Shown here one piece after another: positions 60,240-64,000 of a DNA stretch of 64,000 bases. The stretch lies in NCBI GenBank assembly GCA_045645405.1, contig JAZRIQ010000044.1:12152-76151 (forward strand). The letters run 5' to 3'. Under the pieces are notes generated by a model. It did no database searches. It was not told the origin of the DNA and saw nothing but the letters and a program-made list of their open reading frames with translations. Numbering within the stretch: position 1 is the first letter of the stretch; every line of letters begins with the position of its first letter. A program made the translations under genes and the position numbers. The stretch is from Eubacteriales bacterium (GTDB lineage Bacteria > Bacillota > Clostridia > Oscillospirales > CAG-272).

Positions 60240-61805
60240 ATGGAAGGCACATTTTGGGCGTTTTTGCCCGCAATTATTGCCATAGTGCTCGCTCTCGTTT
60301 CAAAGCAGGTTTACATTTCCCTGTTCTTTGGAATCTTTGTTGGCGCTATGATGTACGCAGGTGGTAATCCACTTGAAGCGTTATTCACTCTCTTTAGCGT
60401 AATGAGTGAAAAGGTAGGAGGTAACGTTCCTATTATCGTATTCCTCGTTGTTCTTGGAATACTTGTAGTTCTTATGCAAAAATCCGGCGGAGCGAAGGCT
60501 TATGGCGACTGGGCAGGTAAAAAAATAAAGACCAAGGGCGGCGCTTTAGCTGCAACCGCAGGTCTTGGCTGTCTAATTTTCGTTGACGACTATTTTAACT
60601 GCTTAACCGTTGGCTCGGTTATGCGTCCTGTTACAGACAAGTTCAAGGTTTCAAGAAGCAAGCTTGCTTACATAATTGACGCAACTGCTGCACCTATATG
60701 TATCATAGCCCCGATTTCAAGCTGGGCTGCCGCTGTTACAGGTGAGCTTGAGGGCAACGGTCTTGTTATGTTTATTAAGACTATTCCTTTTAACGTTTAC
60801 GCACTTTTAACCATCGCTATGGTATTTGCTCTTTGCTTCTTCAAGTTCGACTTCGGCAAAATGAAGAAGAACGACGATATAGCCGAGCAAACAGGTGACG
60901 TTCATTCAGGTGTTTCCTCTGACAACTCTAACGGAAACGAAATTCAGGCAAATCCACGCGGCACAGTTAAGCACCTTTTAATACCGGTTATTATTCTTAT
61001 TGCTTGCTGTATCGGCGGTATGATTTACACAGGCTTCTTCTACAACTGGGATACCGGACTTATTGATAGCGAGCTTCAATCCGCTAACGTAATCGAAGCG
61101 TTTTCTAACTGTGACGCAGGTATGTCACTTGCCATTGGCTCAATTATTGCTCTCTTTATAATTTCCATATACTATATGGTAACAAAGGTTGTTTCCTTTA
61201 AGGATATTATGGGCAGCTTTACAGACGGCTTTAAGGCTATGGTTCCTGCTATTCTTATTCTTACCTTTGCTTGGACAATTTCAGGCATTATGGGCGCAAA
61301 GGGCGGCTATCTTGACGCTCAGTCTTTCGTTGAAAACAACCTTGCGGGAAGCAGCTTCCCTCAATTCATTTTCCCTGCAATATTCTTTATTTTAGCAGGC
61401 TTAATCGCATTTGCAACAGGCACGTCCTGGGGAACCTTCGGTGTTCTCGTTCCGATTGCAGTAACACTTTTGGGCGGTAGCGCAAACGTAACAACCCTTA
61501 TGCTTTTAACCGTTTCCGCAACTCTTGGCGGCGCAGTATTCGGCGACCATATTTCACCGATTTCAGATACAACTATTCTTGCTTCCGCAGGTGCAGAATG
61601 TAACCACGTTGAGCATGTAAACACTCAGCTTCCGTACGCATCACTCGTTGCGGTAATTGCGGCAATTTCCTACTTAATTGCAGGCGCTTGCGCTTCACTT
61701 GGCGGGGTTCTTTGCGCTCTTATTATGTGGATAGCTACCGCTATACTCTTTGTCGGCGCTATATTCCTAATTAAGTACCTTGGCAATAAAAAGACAACAA
61801 AATAA
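60240..61805 (+). CDS. NhaC-family transporter (probable lysine-regulated transporter)
   Basis: 521 aa polytopic protein. The N-terminus FWAFLPAIIAIVLALVSKQVYISLFFGIF is typical of the Na+/H+ antiporter NhaC family. It lies directly downstream of the L-box. Confidence 0.75.
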   Translation: MEGTFWAFLPAIIAIVLALVSKQVYISLFFGIFVGAMMYAGGNPLEALFTLFSVMSEKVGGNVPIIVFLVVLGILVVLMQKSGGAKAYGDWAGKKIKTKGGALAATAGLGCLIFVDDYFNCLTVGSVMRPVTDKFKVSRSKLAYIIDATAAPICIIAPISSWAAAVTGELEGNGLVMFIKTIPFNVYALLTIAMVFALCFFKFDFGKMKKNDDIAEQTGDVHSGVSSDNSNGNEIQANPRGTVKHLLIPVIILIACCIGGMIYTGFFYNWDTGLIDSELQSANVIEAFSNCDAGMSLAIGSIIALFIISIYYMVTKVVSFKDIMGSFTDGFKAMVPAILILTFAWTISGIMGAKGGYLDAQSFVENNLAGSSFPQFIFPAIFFILAGLIAFATGTSWGTFGVLVPIAVTLLGGSANVTTLMLLTVSATLGGAVFGDHISPISDTTILASAGAECNHVEHVNTQLPYASLVAVIAAISYLIAGACASLGGVLCALIMWIATAILFVGAIFLIKYLGNKKTTK

Positions 61806-61813
61806 TAACGATA

Positions 61814-61844
61814 AAAGCTGTGCGTCTTGGCGCACAGCTTTTTG
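61814..61844 (+). terminator. Rho-independent terminator
   Basis: Stem AAAGCTGTGCG-tcttgg-CGCACAGCTTT, followed by TTTG. Confidence 0.7.
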
Positions 61845-61890
61845 TTGCAAAATGAAAAGTTTTGTTTTATAATATTTGCGAGGTGATATT

Positions 61891-62928
61891 ATGAAAATTT
61901 CAGAAATAGATAAAAACTTTAAAATTGAAACAAAATTAAATAAAAATGATATTGTGTTTTTTGACGCAAAGGACGAGCCGTTTAAGATTTACGGCGTTTT
62001 TTACGAAAGCGGAAAATTCAGACGCATGCCGGAAAACGTTGCAAAAATCGTAAGCGACGGGGTGCATTGGCTACACTCCAACACCGCGGGCGGCAGAGTA
62101 CGCTTTAAAACGAACAGCCCCTATATTGCTATAAACACAAAAATGTCCAACGTAGGCAAAATGCCCCATTTTGCTTTGAGTGGCTCATCAGGGTTTGATT
62201 TATATATAGGCGAAAGCTATCGCGCCTCCTTTATTCCGCCCTTCGACCTTAACGACGGATATGAGAGCGTAATTGATTTCGGAAGCAAAAAAATGCGTGA
62301 AATTACAATAAATTTTCCTCTTTACAGCGACGTAAACGAGCTTTACGTTGGGCTTTCCAAGAATGCGAAAATCGAAGAAGCAACGCCATACAAGTATGAT
62401 TTGCCGATAGTTTACTACGGTTCTTCAATTACCCAAGGCGGTTGCGCCTCCCGTCCCGGAAGCTCTTATCAAGCGATAATTTCCAGAGAATTAAAGGTTG
62501 ACCATATAAACCTTGGCTTTTCCGGAAATGCAAAAGCCGAAAAGGAAATTTCTCAATATATATGCTCTCTTGATATGTGCGCTTTCGTTTATGATTACGA
62601 CCATAACGCACCAACGGTTGAGCATTTGGAAGCAACTCACGAAAGAATGTTCAAGGAAATCAGAAAAGCCAAGCCAAATTTGCCCATAATTATGATGTCA
62701 AGACCGAAATATAATTTAACAAAGGAAGAAAAAACAAGGCTTGAAATTATACAGCGCACCTACGAAAACGCTAAAGCCAACGGAGATAATAACGTTTATC
62801 TCATTGACGGTAAAGCTCTTATGCGTCTTTGTCTAAGCGAGGGTACAGTTGATAACTGCCATCCCACCGACCTTGGCTTTTTCTCTATGGCAAGGGCGCT
62901 TGTTAAAGTGTTGAAAGAAATTATTTAG
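61891..62928 (+). CDS. SGNH/GDSL-family hydrolase
   Basis: I start it at MKISEIDK, with GAGGTGA upstream (the ORF track starts at a TTG at 61876). YYGSSITQGG holds the catalytic Ser block. GFSGNAK is present, and DNCHPTD is the DxxH block. Confidence 0.7.
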   Translation: MKISEIDKNFKIETKLNKNDIVFFDAKDEPFKIYGVFYESGKFRRMPENVAKIVSDGVHWLHSNTAGGRVRFKTNSPYIAINTKMSNVGKMPHFALSGSSGFDLYIGESYRASFIPPFDLNDGYESVIDFGSKKMREITINFPLYSDVNELYVGLSKNAKIEEATPYKYDLPIVYYGSSITQGGCASRPGSSYQAIISRELKVDHINLGFSGNAKAEKEISQYICSLDMCAFVYDYDHNAPTVEHLEATHERMFKEIRKAKPNLPIIMMSRPKYNLTKEEKTRLEIIQRTYENAKANGDNNVYLIDGKALMRLCLSEGTVDNCHPTDLGFFSMARALVKVLKEII

Positions 62929-62959
62929 CCGCCAACCGTTAGCGGTCAGCAGATTAGAT
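62928..62959 (+). repeat. 5'-type heptamer arm (copy I)
   Basis: Reads GCCGCCA ACCGTTA GCGGTCA GCAGATTAGAT. Its first G is the last base of the upstream TAG stop. Confidence 0.75.
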
Positions 62960-63054
62960 TTACGCACAACTTGCAAAGAATAAAAGAATAAGCACCGAAA
63001 GGAGTGCCTACCATAAAGCAGGTGCGCCAATCGGTGCTTATTTTCTATTATGTT

Positions 63055-63525
63055 TTATTCCCAATTTTTGCAAACGTCAATCCAATCAATATAGCCGGAA
63101 TACATTTCAAGTTCGAGAATGGCCAGCTCTATTGCGCTATTACTGCTGCCACAGGCGGGAAAGACGGTTTCGAAGCGTTTTAACGACACGTCAAGGTATA
63201 TTTTTACTCCTTCTTTTACGGCAAAGGGGCAAATTCCGCCAACGGCGTGACCTATAAGTTCAAGCGCCTCGTCGGCAGTCAACATTTTTGCTTTTTTGCC
63301 GAAGTATGCTTTATATTTTGCGTTGTCTATCTTGGCATCTCCTGCGGTAACCACTAAAACGGCGCTTTCGTCAAGCATAAATGAAATTGTTTTGGCTATT
63401 CGGCAAGGCTCACAATTAAGCGCCTGCGCTGCAAGCTCCACCGTTGCGCTTGAAACGTCAAACTCCTGTATGCGCTCCTCTATGCCCAACACGGTAAAAT
63501 ATTTTTTAACTTTTTCTATTGACAT
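63055..63525 (-). CDS. YbaK/EbsC-type aminoacyl-tRNA deacylase
   Basis: I start it at MSIEKVKKYF because AGGAGA lies 6 nt upstream (the ORF track starts at 63570). Contains IAKTISFM, VVTAGDAKIDNAKYK and GHAVGGICPF. Confidence 0.7.
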   Translation of the reverse strand: MSIEKVKKYFTVLGIEERIQEFDVSSATVELAAQALNCEPCRIAKTISFMLDESAVLVVTAGDAKIDNAKYKAYFGKKAKMLTADEALELIGHAVGGICPFAVKEGVKIYLDVSLKRFETVFPACGSSNSAIELAILELEMYSGYIDWIDVCKNWE

Positions 63526-63550
63526 TTTATTTCTCCTAATCAAGTACGCT

Positions 63551-63591
63551 ATCTGCTGTTGGCTGTCCAATGACTACTGACCGCTAACACC
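63551..63591 (+). repeat. 3'-type heptamer arm (copy J), degenerate
   Basis: Reads ATCTGC TGTTGGC TGTCCAA TGACTAC TGACCGC TAACACC. It contains CTGACCGCTAAC, the exact complement of GTTAGCGGTCAG in copy I. Confidence 0.6.
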
Positions 63592-63643
63592 TCACCACAG
63601 CTACGCGGAGCCTCCCCTCAAGGGAAAGCATAGTTACTGACAA

Positions 63644-64000
63644 CTACTGCAACGTTGGAAAGTCTTTAAACTCAACGTAAGGGTCGCCCTTTAAGCCGTC
63701 GCCCTCAAATACGATAATCTCGTTTTCGCCCTCGTTAAGTAGTGAAGCAGGAACGTATAAGCTCCTTTGCGGTCCGATTTCCCAATATCTTCCGATGTTA
63801 AATCCGTTTATTAAAACAAAACCCTTTTTGAAATTGTCAAGATAAAGGAAGGTGTCCGCTTTTTTATCTACCGTAAATTTGCCACGATAGAAGCATGACG
63901 GCTCGGTAACGTTGTCAGTATATACGAGCTTATCAAGATTATCCATTGGGAGTGGATATGCGTTCCAGTTAAAGTGAATTTTACCGCCGTCAAGAAGCAA
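63644..64000 (-). CDS. GH35 beta-galactosidase, C-terminal fragment (N-terminus outside the window)
   Basis: FYRGKFTVDKKADTFLYLDNFKKGFVLINGFNIGRYWEIGPQRSLYVPASLL matches the C-terminal beta-sandwich of GH35 enzymes. The frame is open to the window edge. Confidence 0.7.
   Translation of the reverse strand: MLLDGGKIHFNWNAYPLPMDNLDKLVYTDNVTEPSCFYRGKFTVDKKADTFLYLDNFKKGFVLINGFNIGRYWEIGPQRSLYVPASLLNEGENEIIVFEGDGLKGDPYVEFKDFPTLQ

Noticed and set aside
1-64000. Prophage, defence island, CRISPR-Cas, toxin-antitoxin or mobile-element genes
   Set aside because: I found no integrase, transposase, recombinase, cas, restriction-modification or recognisable toxin domains in any frame. The only candidate conflict-type module is the XRE/DUF1273 pair, which is reported with low certainty.

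Overview
AT-rich, Clostridia-like chromosomal window with no rRNA, tRNA, CRISPR, transposase or integrase that I could find. Contents, left to right: (1) A minus-strand MoxR AAA+ / DUF58 / BatA-like VWA operon, led by a roughly 1000-aa extremely acidic coiled-coil membrane protein. (2) A 24-kb minus-strand Wzx/Wzy-type surface-polysaccharide locus (7315-31088). It holds UDP-L-FucNAc genes (fnlABC-like), rfbABC-like dTDP-sugar genes plus an aminotransferase, two LicD genes and a LicD remnant, two cytidylyltransferases (one fused to an SDR), several glycosyltransferases, and an unusual block of two ATP-grasp genes, a GNAT and an orphan DctM-like permease. (3) A membrane cyclophilin. (4) A SCIFF six-cysteine peptide (46-aa ORF missing from the ORF track) with its radical-SAM maturase and a translationally coupled PLP decarboxylase. 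(5) Four BspA-type LRR surface proteins, one carrying a collagen-like Gly-X-Y tract. (6) glmM with a GlmU-C-like acyltransferase. (7) An enoate-reductase-like flavoprotein followed by two-subunit aconitase X. (8) A divergent XRE / DUF1273 pair sharing a perfect 18-bp palindrome. (9) azlCD. (10) A pyrC-carB-pyrK-pyrD-pyrF-pyrE-pyrB-pyrI operon with a leader terminator and no carA or pyrR. (11) mgsA. (12) A lysine riboswitch controlling an NhaC-family transporter. (13) An SGNH hydrolase, a ybaK-like deacylase and the 3' end of a GH35 beta-galactosidase. The signal no gene model explains is a family of intergenic elements that I do not recognise as a named family. Their inverted-repeat arms are tandem 7-nt units (GNNGTYA, complement TRACNNC). 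There are at least 12 arms in 64 kb: five complete about 130-190-nt palindromic elements, two arm pairs that bracket whole genes, and solo arms. Two associated arrays consist of about 21-nt units, each a small hairpin with a covarying stem plus a conserved ATGRART linker.
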